A stretch of 64,000 nucleotides of DNA, taken from assembly GCA_014653545.1 (NCBI GenBank), contig JACWEJ010000001.1:36014-100013 (forward strand), written 5' to 3'. This document shows, piece by piece, positions 22,224 to 33,206 of this stretch. The notes under the pieces were generated by a model that saw nothing but the letters and a program-made list of their open reading frames with translations, did not search any database and was not told the DNA's origin. The stretch's first letter is position 1, and each line of letters starts with the position of its first letter. Origin of the DNA: Pelagibacterales bacterium SAG-MED41 (GTDB taxonomy: Bacteria > Pseudomonadota > Alphaproteobacteria > Pelagibacterales > Pelagibacteraceae). The translations under genes were made by a program, and so were the position numbers.

Positions 22224-23512
22224 TATTGTTTGAAAGCTAATTGACCATTTAAGTAAGTCATAAGAACTTTTCCTTGCAGATTTCTACCTTCAATAGCAGT
22301 GTTTTTAGATTTTGATTTTAATTTACTTGCATCAACTTTCCATGGAGCCTCTAGGTCGAAGATACAAATATCTCCATCCGAACCTTTAGATAAAGATCCT
22401 TTTTTAATTTTTAAAATTTTAGCAGGATTTATGGTCAGTGCTTCGATGATTTTATTTATCGACAGTGACTCATTGTGAAACATTTCTAAAGATAATGGAA
22501 GTAATGTTTCAACGCCAATCGCTCCGGTTGCTGCCTGAGCAAAAGGCAACCTTTTACTTTCTTCATCTTCAGGTAAATGATCTGAAACTATCACGTCTAT
22601 AAGTCCTTCTTTTATACCCTTTACTAATGCCTCTCTATCTTCTTCTAATCTAAGTGGAGGAGAAAGTTTTAAAAATGTTTTGAACTCACCTATGTCATTT
22701 TCATTTAACGATAAATTATTAATTGAAACTCCAACTGTAAATTTTTTTCCATTATTTTTATTTTTTTTTATTACTTCTAAAGATTGTTTAGATGAAATTT
22801 GGTTGATGTGATATCTGCAAGGGTATTCACTTAATAAAGTTAGATCTCTTTCAATAATAATCTTCTCAGCAATTGTCGATACGCCTTCTAAACCTAGTCT
22901 CGTTGCTATCTCTCCATCATTAATACATGCATTTTTTGATAACTCATAATCTTCGGCATGTTGCATGATTAAAACTCCTATATCTGATGCGTAATCCATT
23001 ATTCTTGCCATTAATTCTGTATTTTGAATGGTTTTATTAACATCGCTAAATCCAATAATTCCTCTGCCAGATAGTAAACCAAATTCAGTCATTAATTTAC
23101 CCTCTGATTGCTTAGTTATTGAAGCACATGGAAATAGATTAACGTTTGCTTTATCTCTTCCTCTTCGAATAATAAAATCAACCATAGAGACGTTATCTAT
23201 AAATGGTTTTGTATTAGGCATAGTAACAATTGAAGTAACACCTCCTGCTAATGCTGCTTGACTTAATGTTCTAAAATTTTCTTTATATTCATAACCAGGC
23301 TCCCCAACAAATGCTTTCATGTCTACTAAACCAGGAATTAAAATATTTCCTTTAACGTCAATAGTCTCTGCATCTGGATTTGCATCTTTTTTTGTTACAC
23401 TTTTACCTAGAGCTTTTACTTTACCATTGTTATTTAAAATCAAGGATCCTTTTTCATCCATTTTTTGAGAGGGATCAATTATTCTTGCATTAATAAAAAT
23501 TTTTTCTTTCAT
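22223..23512 (-). CDS. pyrC: Dihydroorotase-like protein (probably the catalytically inactive PyrC' type)
   Basis: Amidohydrolase fold (AALAGGVT, MPNT, SDH), coupled to pyrB; DMKAFVGEPG in place of DxHxH. Confidence 0.85.
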   Translation of the reverse strand: MKEKIFINARIIDPSQKMDEKGSLILNNNGKVKALGKSVTKKDANPDAETIDVKGNILIPGLVDMKAFVGEPGYEYKENFRTLSQAALAGGVTSIVTMPNTKPFIDNVSMVDFIIRRGRDKANVNLFPCASITKQSEGKLMTEFGLLSGRGIIGFSDVNKTIQNTELMARIMDYASDIGVLIMQHAEDYELSKNACINDGEIATRLGLEGVSTIAEKIIIERDLTLLSEYPCRYHINQISSKQSLEVIKKNKNNGKKFTVGVSINNLSLNENDIGEFKTFLKLSPPLRLEEDREALVKGIKEGLIDVIVSDHLPEDEESKRLPFAQAATGAIGVETLLPLSLEMFHNESLSINKIIEALTINPAKILKIKKGSLSKGSDGDICIFDLEAPWKVDASKLKSKSKNTAIEGRNLQGKVLMTYLNGQLAFKQ

Positions 23513-24457
23513 TTATTTACAATATTTTTTTAAACATGCCATTCTTACTGCTACACCTAACTCAACTTGTTCCTTGACTAAGCTTACATTTATATCGTCA
23601 GCTAATTTTGTATCAATTTCTACACCTCTATTCATTGGACCAGGGTGCATAATCAATGCATCTTTTTTTGCATATTTTAATTTTTCAGGAGTTAAACCGT
23701 AAAACTCATAATATTCTCTTTTTGAAGGCAAGAAGGATCCCTGCATCCTCTCATTTTGCAACCTTAACATCATAACGATATCACATCCATCAAGACCTTT
23801 TTTCATATCTGTAAAAGATTTTACACCCATTCTATTTATTGCTTTAGGCATTAAAGTTTTTGGAGCAATGACATTAACTTCAGCTCCCAACATATTCATT
23901 AAGTAAATATTAGATCTTGCTACTCTTGAATGAAGAATGTCTCCACAGATAGCTATCTTTAAGCCCTCAATTTTTCCAATTCTATTAATTATTGTTAGAG
24001 CATCGAGTAGAGCTTGAGTAGGGTGTTCTCTTCTACCATCACCAGCATTAATAACTGCGCAATTTACTTTTTGAGATAATAAATTTGGCGCTCCTGAGTC
24101 TTGATGTCTAATTACAATTAAGTCAGGGTGCATTGCATTTAGAGTCATCGCAGTGTCTATTAAAGTCTCACCTTTTTTTAGTGCTGAATTATCCATGTTC
24201 ATAGACATTACATCTGCACCCAATCTCTTTCCTGCTAAATCAAAAGAACTTTGAGTTCTAGTCGATGGTTCAAAAAATAAATTTATTTGTGTTTTCCCTC
24301 TTAGAATATCTAATTTTTTTGAGACACTTCTATTTAATTTTATAAATTTTTTTGCTTCGTCAAGAATTGACTTAGCTTCTAATATTGATAGATTTTGAAT
24401 TCCAAGGAGGTGCTTAGGAGTGTTTTTAATAGCTGTAATGTTTTTCTTAACTGCCAT
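23513..24457 (-). CDS. pyrB: Aspartate carbamoyltransferase catalytic subunit
   Basis: [26 protein letters not shown]; ATG 24457 preferred as start. Confidence 0.97.
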   Translation of the reverse strand: MAVKKNITAIKNTPKHLLGIQNLSILEAKSILDEAKKFIKLNRSVSKKLDILRGKTQINLFFEPSTRTQSSFDLAGKRLGADVMSMNMDNSALKKGETLIDTAMTLNAMHPDLIVIRHQDSGAPNLLSQKVNCAVINAGDGRREHPTQALLDALTIINRIGKIEGLKIAICGDILHSRVARSNIYLMNMLGAEVNVIAPKTLMPKAINRMGVKSFTDMKKGLDGCDIVMMLRLQNERMQGSFLPSKREYYEFYGLTPEKLKYAKKDALIMHPGPMNRGVEIDTKLADDINVSLVKEQVELGVAVRMACLKKYCK

Positions 24458-24500
24458 TAAAATCAACTCTATAGGCGTTTTATAGTATCAGATCAAGTAA

Positions 24501-24956
24501 TTATTTAGTTAAATAGTCCAAGGCCCCTTGTAGTATAAATTGAGCAGAATTCTGATCTAATTTGTTCACTTTTTTAGTCGTATTTGATACGAAATCATTA
24601 GATAAATTGAAAGCTCCCTGACTAGACAATCTTTCATCCCATAACACGACATTTTCAGTAACATCTTTTGATAGATTTATTGCTAAATCTTTAGCTGATT
24701 GTGAGGAGATACTAGATGTTCCATCCATGTTAATAGGATTGCCTACCACAATACCTTTGATTTGATTTTCTTTAAAAATCTCAATTATTTCTTTAACAAA
24801 ATCTGAATATTTATTTTTGATAATTGTAGTGTAAGGAGTAGCAATAATTTTATTTTCGTCTGAAATTGCTATACCAACTCGTTTTCTACCAGGATCAATT
24901 CCCATTAACCTAGACTTTTTATCAAGTTTTTTCTTAAAATCTTCAATATCAAGCAT
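24501..24956 (-). CDS. yqgF: YqgF/RuvX family pre-16S rRNA nuclease
   Basis: GIDPGRKRVGIAISD, VVGNP, WDERLSS, AQFILQ; ATG 24956 preferred as start. Confidence 0.93.
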   Translation of the reverse strand: MLDIEDFKKKLDKKSRLMGIDPGRKRVGIAISDENKIIATPYTTIIKNKYSDFVKEIIEIFKENQIKGIVVGNPINMDGTSSISSQSAKDLAINLSKDVTENVVLWDERLSSQGAFNLSNDFVSNTTKKVNKLDQNSAQFILQGALDYLTK

Positions 24957-25010
24957 GATTGTGTTATATTTTTTTATATTAATTTCCTGTAAAATTAACA
25001 TAATTCACTA

Positions 25011-25298
25011 ATGTCCATAGATAAAGATAAAATTAAACATGTAAGCAAACTCGCAAGAATTTCGGTAGATGAGAGGAAAATTGATGATTTGACTAAAGAT
25101 CTTTCTTCAATTTTTAAATTTATCGAACAACTTAATGAATTAAACACAGATAAAGTAGAACCTCTTTCTTCCATATTAAATGAACCTTTGCGATATAGAA
25201 AAGACGAAATTAATGATGGAAAAATTAGAGATAAAATTTTAGAAAACTCACCTAAAAAGAATGAAGAATTTTTCGTTGTACCCAAGGTTATTGAATAA
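25011..25298 (+). CDS. gatC: Asp/Glu-tRNA amidotransferase subunit C
   Basis: [17 protein letters not shown]; precedes gatA. Confidence 0.96.
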   Translation: MSIDKDKIKHVSKLARISVDERKIDDLTKDLSSIFKFIEQLNELNTDKVEPLSSILNEPLRYRKDEINDGKIRDKILENSPKKNEEFFVVPKVIE

Positions 25299-26758
25299 TG
25301 GCGGATTTAACAAAAAAAAGTTTAACTGAAATAGTAAGTTTAATTAAAAAAAAAGAAATTAAATCTGAAGAGGTTACAAATTTATTTATAAAAAATATTG
25401 AAAATGATAAAAAATTAAATTCATTTATTACCAATAGTAATGAACATGCAGTAAAAAAAGCAAAAAATTTTGACAAAAATCCTAAATTTGACACTCTCTT
25501 ACCAGGTATACCAATAGCTGTTAAAGATTTATTTTGTACTAAAGGAGTGAAAACAACTGCTGGAAGCAAAATGTTAGATAATTTTATTCCTAATTATGAA
25601 TCTACAATCACAAAAAATTTATGGAATGAAGGAGCTTTTTTATTAGGAAAATTAAATTGTGATGAGTATGCAATGGGCTCATCTAATGAAACTAGTTTTT
25701 TTGGCAATGTAATGAATCCTGTTGCAGAAAATACTGTACCGGGAGGTTCCTCTGGAGGATCAGCAAGTGCTTTAGCTGCCGATCTTACTCCAACTACTAT
25801 TGGAACGGATACAGGAGGATCCATAAGACAACCAGCATCCTTTACTGGCACAGTAGGTTTAAAACCTACTTACGGGTTGTGCTCAAGATGGGGAATAGTA
25901 GCTTTTGCTTCATCATTAGATCAGGCTGGTCCTATGACAAAAACTGTAGAAGATTGTGCATTGATGTTAGAAGCAATGGCTGGTTTTGATGAAAAAGATT
26001 CTACTTCTATTAATAAAAAAAAAGAAAACTACTCAAAAAATTTAACAAGTAATATTAAAGGTTTAAAAATTGGAATACCAAAAGAATATAGAGTAGATGG
26101 CATGCCTAAGGAAATAGATAAACTTTGGGAAAATGGAAAAAAAATATTAAAAGAGTCAGGTGCAGAAATTATTGATATTTCCTTGCCTAATACAAAATAT
26201 GCATTACCTACCTATTATATAGTTGCACCTGCTGAAGCTTCTTCAAATTTAGCTAGGTACGACGGGGTTAAATATGGGTTTAGATCTAATAAAGGAACTA
26301 ATTTAATAGAGATGTATGAAAACACTAGGTCTGAAGGTTTTGGAGATGAAGTAAAGCGTAGAATTTTAATAGGCACATACGTTTTATCATCTGGTTATTA
26401 TGATGCTTACTACATTAAAGCTCAGAAAGTTAGACAGTTAATAAAGAGTGATTTTGATGAGTCCTTTAAAAAAGTTGATGCTATCCTTACACCATCAACA
26501 CCAAGTGCCGCTTTTAAAATAGGCGAAAAAAAAAATGATCCAATATCAATGTATTTAAATGATATATTTACTGTACCAGTAAATTTAGCAGGTATACCTG
26601 CAATATCAATCCCAGCAGGAACAGACAACAACAATTATCCACTTGGTTTACAGCTAATAGGCAAAACTCTAGATGAACAAAAACTTTTAAATATCGCTTT
26701 TGCAACTGAAAAAAAAATAAATTTTAAACAAAATCTTAATAGATGGTGGGAAAAGTAA
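25298..26758 (+). CDS. gatA: Asp/Glu-tRNA amidotransferase subunit A
   Basis: Amidase signature [21 protein letters not shown]; [11 protein letters not shown]. Confidence 0.99.
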   Translation: MADLTKKSLTEIVSLIKKKEIKSEEVTNLFIKNIENDKKLNSFITNSNEHAVKKAKNFDKNPKFDTLLPGIPIAVKDLFCTKGVKTTAGSKMLDNFIPNYESTITKNLWNEGAFLLGKLNCDEYAMGSSNETSFFGNVMNPVAENTVPGGSSGGSASALAADLTPTTIGTDTGGSIRQPASFTGTVGLKPTYGLCSRWGIVAFASSLDQAGPMTKTVEDCALMLEAMAGFDEKDSTSINKKKENYSKNLTSNIKGLKIGIPKEYRVDGMPKEIDKLWENGKKILKESGAEIIDISLPNTKYALPTYYIVAPAEASSNLARYDGVKYGFRSNKGTNLIEMYENTRSEGFGDEVKRRILIGTYVLSSGYYDAYYIKAQKVRQLIKSDFDESFKKVDAILTPSTPSAAFKIGEKKNDPISMYLNDIFTVPVNLAGIPAISIPAGTDNNNYPLGLQLIGKTLDEQKLLNIAFATEKKINFKQNLNRWWEK

Positions 26759-28227
26759 TGAATAAAGAAAAAGGAAAATATCTAATTGAAGGAGAAAAAG
26801 GGAAATGGGAAGTAGTTATTGGTTTAGAGGTTCATGCACAAGTATCTTCTAATTCCAAACTCTTTTCAGGATCTTCTACAAAATTTGGAGCTGATCCGAA
26901 TACTCAAGTCAGTCTTGTTGACTCTGCTTTTCCTGGAATGTTACCTGTTATAAATGAATTTTGCGTCCAGCAAGCAATTAAAACAGGGCTAGGCTTAAAT
27001 GCAAAAATTAATTCGTACTCAGTTTTTGATAGAAAAAATTATTTTTATGCTGATTTGCCTCAAGGTTATCAAATTTCTCAGTATAAAAATCCTATAGTAG
27101 GTGAAGGCAAAATTACTTTAGATTTACCAAGTGGTACAAAGACCATAGGTATTGAGAGGCTTCATCTAGAACAAGATGCGGGTAAAAGTATTCATGATCT
27201 AGATCCGAGCAATACATATGTTGATCTAAATAGATCAGGTGTTGCACTTATGGAGATTGTGAGCAAACCAGATTTAAGCTCTCCGGATGAAGTAAACGCT
27301 TATATTAAAAAATTAAGATCAATAATGAGATACTTAGGAACTTGCGACGGAAATATGCAAGAGGGTTCATTAAGAGCTGACGTAAATGTTTCTGTTAGAA
27401 AAGAGGGTAATAAGGAATTAGGAACTAGATGTGAGATTAAAAATGTTAATTCTATCAAGTTTATGCAGATGGCTATTATTTATGAGGCTCAAAGACAAGT
27501 AGAACTTTTAGAATCTGGAAAATCAATTGATCAAGAAACAAGATTATTTGATACTAAAAAGAATGAGACAAGATCCATGAGATCAAAAGAAGATGCTCAC
27601 GACTATAGATATTTTCCTGATCCCGATTTGCTACCTTTAAACCTAAATAAAGAGCTCATTGAAAATATAAAAAAAAACTTACCTGAATTACCAGATCAAA
27701 AAAAAGAGAGATTTATAAATAACTATTCGCTCACTGCATATGAAGCTAATGTTTTGGTTTCAGAAAAAGAAATATCAGATTATTTTGAAGAAGTGGTTAA
27801 AACTTCAGATATTAAATTAGCAAAAAATTGGATCATGGGAGATCTATTTGCTTCTTTAAATGAAAAAAATATCTCAATTTCTCAATCACGAGTTACAGCT
27901 AAGAAAATGTCTCAATTAATAGACTCAATTAGTTCAGGAGTTATATCAGGTAGAACAGCTAAGGAAGTTTTTGAAATAATGAAAGAATCCGGTGAAGAAC
28001 CTGACAAAATTATAGAAAGTAAGGGATTGCAACAAAAAAGTGATCCAAAAGAGTTAGAAAAAATTATAGAAAAAATTCTAACTGACAATAAAGATAAAGT
28101 TGAGCAGTATAAATCTGGAAAAGATAAACTTTTTGGTTTTTTTGTAGGTCAGGTTATGAAAATTTCAGGTGGTAAAGCTAATCCACAATTAGTAAACCAG
28201 ATACTTAAAGATAAATTAAAGAAATAA
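26758..28227 (+). CDS. gatB: Asp/Glu-tRNA amidotransferase subunit B
   Basis: [28 protein letters not shown]; start set to ATG 26758. Confidence 0.99.
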   Translation: MNKEKGKYLIEGEKGKWEVVIGLEVHAQVSSNSKLFSGSSTKFGADPNTQVSLVDSAFPGMLPVINEFCVQQAIKTGLGLNAKINSYSVFDRKNYFYADLPQGYQISQYKNPIVGEGKITLDLPSGTKTIGIERLHLEQDAGKSIHDLDPSNTYVDLNRSGVALMEIVSKPDLSSPDEVNAYIKKLRSIMRYLGTCDGNMQEGSLRADVNVSVRKEGNKELGTRCEIKNVNSIKFMQMAIIYEAQRQVELLESGKSIDQETRLFDTKKNETRSMRSKEDAHDYRYFPDPDLLPLNLNKELIENIKKNLPELPDQKKERFINNYSLTAYEANVLVSEKEISDYFEEVVKTSDIKLAKNWIMGDLFASLNEKNISISQSRVTAKKMSQLIDSISSGVISGRTAKEVFEIMKESGEEPDKIIESKGLQQKSDPKELEKIIEKILTDNKDKVEQYKSGKDKLFGFFVGQVMKISGGKANPQLVNQILKDKLKK

Positions 28228-28883
28228 TGGGTAAAGATCTTGATATTAATTTTAAGATACAAAACTATATTAAAGACTTAAGTAAAAAACTTCATCCTGT
28301 TCAAAGCGAAATCATTTCATATAATGAAAGTTTAGGTGACATTAAAAGAATGCAGATCGCCATCTCTCAATGTTATTTTCTAGAATTAATTACAAAAATT
28401 TCGAAAGCTAAAAAAATATTAGAAATTGGAACTTTTACTGGTTTGAGCACTCTCTCAATGGCTTTAGGATTACCTGAAGATGGTATGATTATTGCTTTGG
28501 ATAAAAATAGTGAAACAAATACCAAAGCAAAAAAATTTTTTAAAAAAGCTGAACAAGATAAAAAGATTAAAACTATAATAAATCCAGCTTTAGATACACT
28601 TAATGAATTAAAAAAAGAAAATTTAATATTTGATATTATTTTTATTGATGCTGATAAAGAAAATTATAAATATTATTACAACAAAAGTTTTGATTTGCTC
28701 AAGAAAGGTGGTTTAATGATAATAGATAACGTTTTATGGCATGGTGAAGTTGCAGACGAGAAAAATAATGAAAAATTTACTAATATAATAAGAGATTTTA
28801 ATACCTTTGTTAAAAACGATGAAAGAACAGAGCAAATTATTCTTCCACTTGGAGATGGGTTTACCATTTGTAACAAATTATAA
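28227..28883 (+). CDS. SAM-dependent O-methyltransferase (caffeoyl-CoA OMT/YrrM-TrmR-like family)
   Basis: ILEIGTFTGLS, FDIIFIDADK..Y, IDNVLWHG, LPLGDG. Confidence 0.9.
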   Translation: MGKDLDINFKIQNYIKDLSKKLHPVQSEIISYNESLGDIKRMQIAISQCYFLELITKISKAKKILEIGTFTGLSTLSMALGLPEDGMIIALDKNSETNTKAKKFFKKAEQDKKIKTIINPALDTLNELKKENLIFDIIFIDADKENYKYYYNKSFDLLKKGGLMIIDNVLWHGEVADEKNNEKFTNIIRDFNTFVKNDERTEQIILPLGDGFTICNKL

Positions 28884-29785
28884 TGTTTATTATTTTAGGT
28901 TTTTACAAATTTAAAAATTTAAAGTCCTTAAAAAGACATAAAACGATTCTTGAAAACCTTTTTTCTGAAAACGATATAAGAGGAACTCTTATTATTTCAA
29001 AAGAAGGTCTAAATGGAACCCTATCTGGTAAATCAAAAAATATTTATAAAATTATTAAGATAATAAAAAATTCATTTAAAATTAAAAAATTTGATAGTGA
29101 AAATTTATCAAAAAGTAAATTACAGCCATTTCACAAACCAAAGATTAAGATAAAAAAAGAAGTTGTGCCGATGGGTATTAAAATTAATTCAAATGATAAA
29201 AAAAACAACCATTTAGAACCATCTGAGTGGAATAATTTAATAAAAAATAAAAATACCCTTGTTCTTGATGCTAGAAAACCTTTTGAATATGAAATTGGAA
29301 GTTTTAAAAGCGCAGTCAATCCAAAAGTAAAAAACTTTAGAGAATTTCCTAAATATTTAAGTAAATTGGGTAAAAACAAAACTGTTGCAATGTTTTGTAC
29401 TGGTGGAATTAGATGTGAAAAAGCTTCTATTTATCTTAAGCAGAGAGGTTTTAAAAACGTTTTTCAACTTAAAGGGGGAATCTTGAATTATCTAAAGAAA
29501 ATAAAAAAAGAAGAAAGTAAGTGGAATGGTGAGTGTTTTGTTTTTGATAATAGAGTTTCGCTTAAACACAATTTACAAGAAGGATCCTACATAGTTTGCA
29601 GTGGTTGTAGAATCCCAATTTCGAATAAACAGAAAAGATCAAAAAAGTATGAAGAAGGAGTTTCTTGTCCAAGATGTTATGACACATTAACTAAGTCACA
29701 AGTAAATAGATTTAGGATGAGGCAAAAGCAAATTCTTCTTGCTAAAAAAGCTGGAAAAAAGCATAAGTTCCAAAAAGAATATTAA
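28883..29785 (+). CDS. trhO: tRNA uridine(34) hydroxylase, rhodanese family (YceA/TrhO)
   Basis: EGLNGT, KIKIKKEVV, MFCTGGIRCEKAS, LKGGILNY, GECFVFDNRV, C-terminal Cys pairs. Confidence 0.9.
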   Translation: MFIILGFYKFKNLKSLKRHKTILENLFSENDIRGTLIISKEGLNGTLSGKSKNIYKIIKIIKNSFKIKKFDSENLSKSKLQPFHKPKIKIKKEVVPMGIKINSNDKKNNHLEPSEWNNLIKNKNTLVLDARKPFEYEIGSFKSAVNPKVKNFREFPKYLSKLGKNKTVAMFCTGGIRCEKASIYLKQRGFKNVFQLKGGILNYLKKIKKEESKWNGECFVFDNRVSLKHNLQEGSYIVCSGCRIPISNKQKRSKKYEEGVSCPRCYDTLTKSQVNRFRMRQKQILLAKKAGKKHKFQKEY

Positions 29786-29794
29786 AATTATTAA

Positions 29795-31156
29795 ATGAAT
29801 TTAACTAAAGATCCAATTTGGTCTCTTCTTAAAAAAGTAACAATACCAGCTAGCACAGGTTCACTTTTTATGACTTTCTATAATTTAGTAGATAGTTTTT
29901 TTGCAGGTAAAATTTCACCTGAAGCTTTAGCAGCTGTTGCTAAATCTTGGCCTATTACTTTTATTGCTTTAGCTATATCAATTGGTATTCAGGCTGGTAC
30001 TCAGGCTTTAATAAGTAACTCTATAGGTGCTAAAGAAAATAAAGCTGCATCATTATATGTTGCTCAATCTATTATATTTGCAATTATAACCTCTTTTTTT
30101 GTTACCTCATTTGGCTTAAATTTTTCAGATGAATTATTGAAAATAATGGGTTCCACTCAGGAAAGCATTATTTTAACTAGAGAATATTTAGATATAATAT
30201 TTTATGGTTCAATAATTATTCTTGTTCAACTTTCTCTGAATGGGACTTTATCTGCTCAAGGCGATACAAAAAGTTACAGAAATATATTAATATTTTCTTT
30301 TTTCATAAACATTTTTTTAAACCCTCTATTTATTTTTGGATATGGAATTATTCCTGGATTCGGTATAGCTGGATTAGCTATATCAACTTTAATTGCTCAA
30401 TCCTTAGGAGTTTTTTATTTACTTTACAAAGTCTATTGTTGTGAATTAAAAAAATTTTTGTATTTTAAGTGTTTTATTCCAAAATTGAGTTTATTATTAA
30501 ATATTTTAAAACAATCAGTTCCCATCATGTTCACTATGCTTATGATAATGTTTGGAGTGTTTAATATTTTTTACTTCGTAGGACAATTTGGTGAATTAGC
30601 AACAGCTGGATATGGAACTGCTGTAAGGATAGAACAAGTATTATTGTTACCAGTAATTGGTTTAAATACAGCTGTATTGTCTATAGCAGGTCAAAACTTT
30701 GGAGCTAAATTTTATAACCGTATTAAGGAAGTTTATTTTAAAGCGTTGGTGTTTGGTTCTGGTTTCATGATTTTTGCAGGAATAATTATTTATTTGTCCT
30801 CGAATTTAGTCATCTCCCTTTTTACTGATAATTTGGAGGTAATAAATAGTGGAGCTCTTTACTTGCAAGTTGCAGCTTTAATTGGACCTATTTATCCGGT
30901 TTTTTTTATAACTTCTGCTTTATTTCAATCCTTAAAATTACCAATCTTGAGTTTGTATATGACTATCTTAAGGTTAACCTTAATTCCTTTTTCATCACTA
31001 TGGTATGTTATCAATATTAGGGGAGGCGAATACCAAGATATTTTTTACACAATAATGGTTACTAATTGGTTAATGGGTTTTGTTGTTTTAGCGTTTGTGC
31101 CATTTTTCTTAAGAAAAAAATTGAGCATGAGTTTAAAAAAATTATTTGTATTTTAA
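29795..31156 (+). CDS. MATE family efflux transporter
   Basis: YNLVDSFFAG, NIFLNPLFIFG, GQNFGAK; about 12 TM. Confidence 0.92.
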   Translation: MNLTKDPIWSLLKKVTIPASTGSLFMTFYNLVDSFFAGKISPEALAAVAKSWPITFIALAISIGIQAGTQALISNSIGAKENKAASLYVAQSIIFAIITSFFVTSFGLNFSDELLKIMGSTQESIILTREYLDIIFYGSIIILVQLSLNGTLSAQGDTKSYRNILIFSFFINIFLNPLFIFGYGIIPGFGIAGLAISTLIAQSLGVFYLLYKVYCCELKKFLYFKCFIPKLSLLLNILKQSVPIMFTMLMIMFGVFNIFYFVGQFGELATAGYGTAVRIEQVLLLPVIGLNTAVLSIAGQNFGAKFYNRIKEVYFKALVFGSGFMIFAGIIIYLSSNLVISLFTDNLEVINSGALYLQVAALIGPIYPVFFITSALFQSLKLPILSLYMTILRLTLIPFSSLWYVINIRGGEYQDIFYTIMVTNWLMGFVVLAFVPFFLRKKLSMSLKKLFVF

Positions 31157-31876
31157 TTTATTTTCTAGCTTTCTTACAAAATAAGATACAAATAATATCA
31201 AGACTAAGTATTCCAATATTAAAAAAGTATAAATTTCCAAGGGCCTATATGTTGTCGTTACAAGCTCGTTAGCTTTTCGGGTCAAATCAGCGATACCTAT
31301 AATTGAAACTAATGAAGACATCTTTAATACATAAACAAATTGATTTCCCATAGCCGGTAATACAACTTTTATGGCTTGAGGCAAAATAACAAATCTCATT
31401 TTTCTCCAAAAATTCATTCCAAGGGACTCTGATACTTCATGTTGACCTTTATGTATCGAATTAATTCCTGCTCTAAATATTTCAGCTTGGAAAGCACTTT
31501 CACTTATAGTTAAAGCTATTATACCTGATACAAAAGGGGAGAAACTAATACCCAGCATAATTGGAAGACCGTAATAAATCCAAAGTATTAATACTAATAA
31601 TGGAATTGCCCTTATAATTTCTACGTATCCAATATTGAAGTAACTCAGAAATTTATTATTTGATAGAGAAGGTAATGCAACAATTAGTCCTATGATCATT
31701 GCTAAAATTATTGAAATGACCGAAATATAAATTGTTGTTGTAATTCCACTTATTAAAAATTTTATATTAGTTAATCCCTCAACATTATCTGGACTAAGTA
31801 TATACCAACCCCATTCGTAATTTGAACTACATCCTTGTAGTAAAAATAGAATAGCGATAGATTTAAAAAACTTCAC
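31142..31876 (-). CDS. Polar amino-acid ABC transporter permease (HisM/GlnP family)
   Basis: RAIPLLV, AEIFRAGINSI..GQ.E (EAA loop), LPQA, KMSSLVSII; GTG start. Confidence 0.93.
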   Translation of the reverse strand: MKFFKSIAILFLLQGCSSNYEWGWYILSPDNVEGLTNIKFLISGITTTIYISVISIILAMIIGLIVALPSLSNNKFLSYFNIGYVEIIRAIPLLVLILWIYYGLPIMLGISFSPFVSGIIALTISESAFQAEIFRAGINSIHKGQHEVSESLGMNFWRKMRFVILPQAIKVVLPAMGNQFVYVLKMSSLVSIIGIADLTRKANELVTTTYRPLEIYTFLILEYLVLILFVSYFVRKLENKLKYK

Positions 31877-31917
31877 TAACTGACTATATTTGCTAATGAA
31901 AGGTATTGAAACTTAAA

Positions 31918-32688
31918 TTATAAGCTTTTTAGATTGTACTTTACTAATAATTTCTTAAAAAATCCTGATGATTGTTTGTCTTGAATCCAATTGCTTACGT
32001 AATCATTCCAAACTTTATCTCCTTTTGGAACCATCATAGCTAAAAATGCTGGATTTTTTCCTCCATCAGGAACTATGGCTAATTGAGGATATTTAATTAC
32101 TAGTTTGTTTGCTTCTGTTGAACTTGTGATATTTCCATCAGCTCTTCCTGCCAAAACCTCTTGAAAATCTCTTGCAGGTGCCTCAACTGATTGAAGCTTT
32201 GAGTTTGGAAAAAATTCTTTTGCTTTTTCTTCTTGAGATGTTCCTAATGTCGTTGCTATTATAACACCATTTTTGTTAAGAGAGTCCCATGTAGAAAACT
32301 TTTTTAAATTCTTCTTTAAAACAATTGGTACTGTCGCATATTTGTAATATGTTGCAGTAAAACCAGCTACCTTAGCTCTACTTGGAGTTTTAGTTACGCT
32401 TGTTGATATATCGTACCTATCAGCTGTTATCCCTGCAACAATGGTTTTCCATTCAGCTGGTACAAATTTTACTTTAACTCCTAAATCTTTCGCTAACTCA
32501 TTCATCACATCAATATCGAACCCTTTATACTTATTAGTAGCTGGGTCTTTCATTGACATTGGATCCCAGTCTCCTGTTGTTCCAACTCTTAATTCACCAT
32601 TTTTTTTAATTGCATCTATCTTAGATGCCGAGTGAGCGGATGCTGCGAATAATGTTATTGCTAATATTGTTAAGATTTTTTTAAACAT
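31918..32688 (-). CDS. Periplasmic solute-binding protein family 3, cyclohexadienyl-dehydratase (PheC)-like clade
   Basis: Signal peptide; [22 protein letters not shown]; adjacent to permease. Confidence 0.88.
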   Translation of the reverse strand: MFKKILTILAITLFAASAHSASKIDAIKKNGELRVGTTGDWDPMSMKDPATNKYKGFDIDVMNELAKDLGVKVKFVPAEWKTIVAGITADRYDISTSVTKTPSRAKVAGFTATYYKYATVPIVLKKNLKKFSTWDSLNKNGVIIATTLGTSQEEKAKEFFPNSKLQSVEAPARDFQEVLAGRADGNITSSTEANKLVIKYPQLAIVPDGGKNPAFLAMMVPKGDKVWNDYVSNWIQDKQSSGFFKKLLVKYNLKSL

Positions 32689-32764
32689 TATTATTCTTCT
32701 AACTAATCCTTGTTCTTATTACGAATTGCAATTTGACCCAGTTAGTTAACTAAAATTAAAAGGG

Positions 32765-32794
32765 TTGACTAAAGAGTATTTTATCGACTATAAA
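32765..32794 (+). promoter_or_regulatory. Putative sigma70 promoter of umuDC
   Basis: TTGACT (32765-32770) N18 TATAAA (32789-32794). Confidence 0.5.
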
Positions 32795-32809
32795 GAACAA
32801 AACAAGAAC
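32795..32809 (+). promoter_or_regulatory. Alphaproteobacterial LexA (SOS) box GAAC-N7-GAAC
   Basis: GAACaaaacaaGAAC between the -10 element and the umuD ATG. Confidence 0.85.
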
Positions 32810-32813
32810 ATTT

Positions 32814-33206
32814 ATGAAGTTAACAATACCATTTTATTTACACAAAGTAGGAGCTGGTTTCCCATCTCCGGCAACCGATTATATTGAAGACGATATAGAT
32901 CTAAATTCACATTTAATAACAAATGCTCCAGCTACATTTATTATAAGAGTTCAAGGGAAGTCTATGACTGACGTTGGTATATATGATGGAGATTTATTGA
33001 TAGTAGATAAAAGTTTGAACCCAAAAAATTTTTCGACAGTTATAGCAAATGTCAATGAAGAACTAGTAGTAAAAACTTTAATTAAGAGCAAAGAAGCTAA
33101 TTACTTAACATCAGGATCTAAAAATACATCAGACAGAATTAATTTAACAGACAATCCAGAAATAATAATTTGGGGGGTAGTGACATATGTCATTCATAAA
33201 CAATAA
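32814..33206 (+). CDS. umuD: DNA polymerase V accessory subunit UmuD (peptidase S24)
   Basis: AGFPSPA cleavage motif, GKSM catalytic Ser, VVK catalytic Lys, WGVV. Confidence 0.93.
   Translation: MKLTIPFYLHKVGAGFPSPATDYIEDDIDLNSHLITNAPATFIIRVQGKSMTDVGIYDGDLLIVDKSLNPKNFSTVIANVNEELVVKTLIKSKEANYLTSGSKNTSDRINLTDNPEIIIWGVVTYVIHKQ

Noticed and set aside
32746-32759. CtrA box in the SBP/umuD spacer
   Set aside because: The TTAA half-sites are 6 bp apart, not 7
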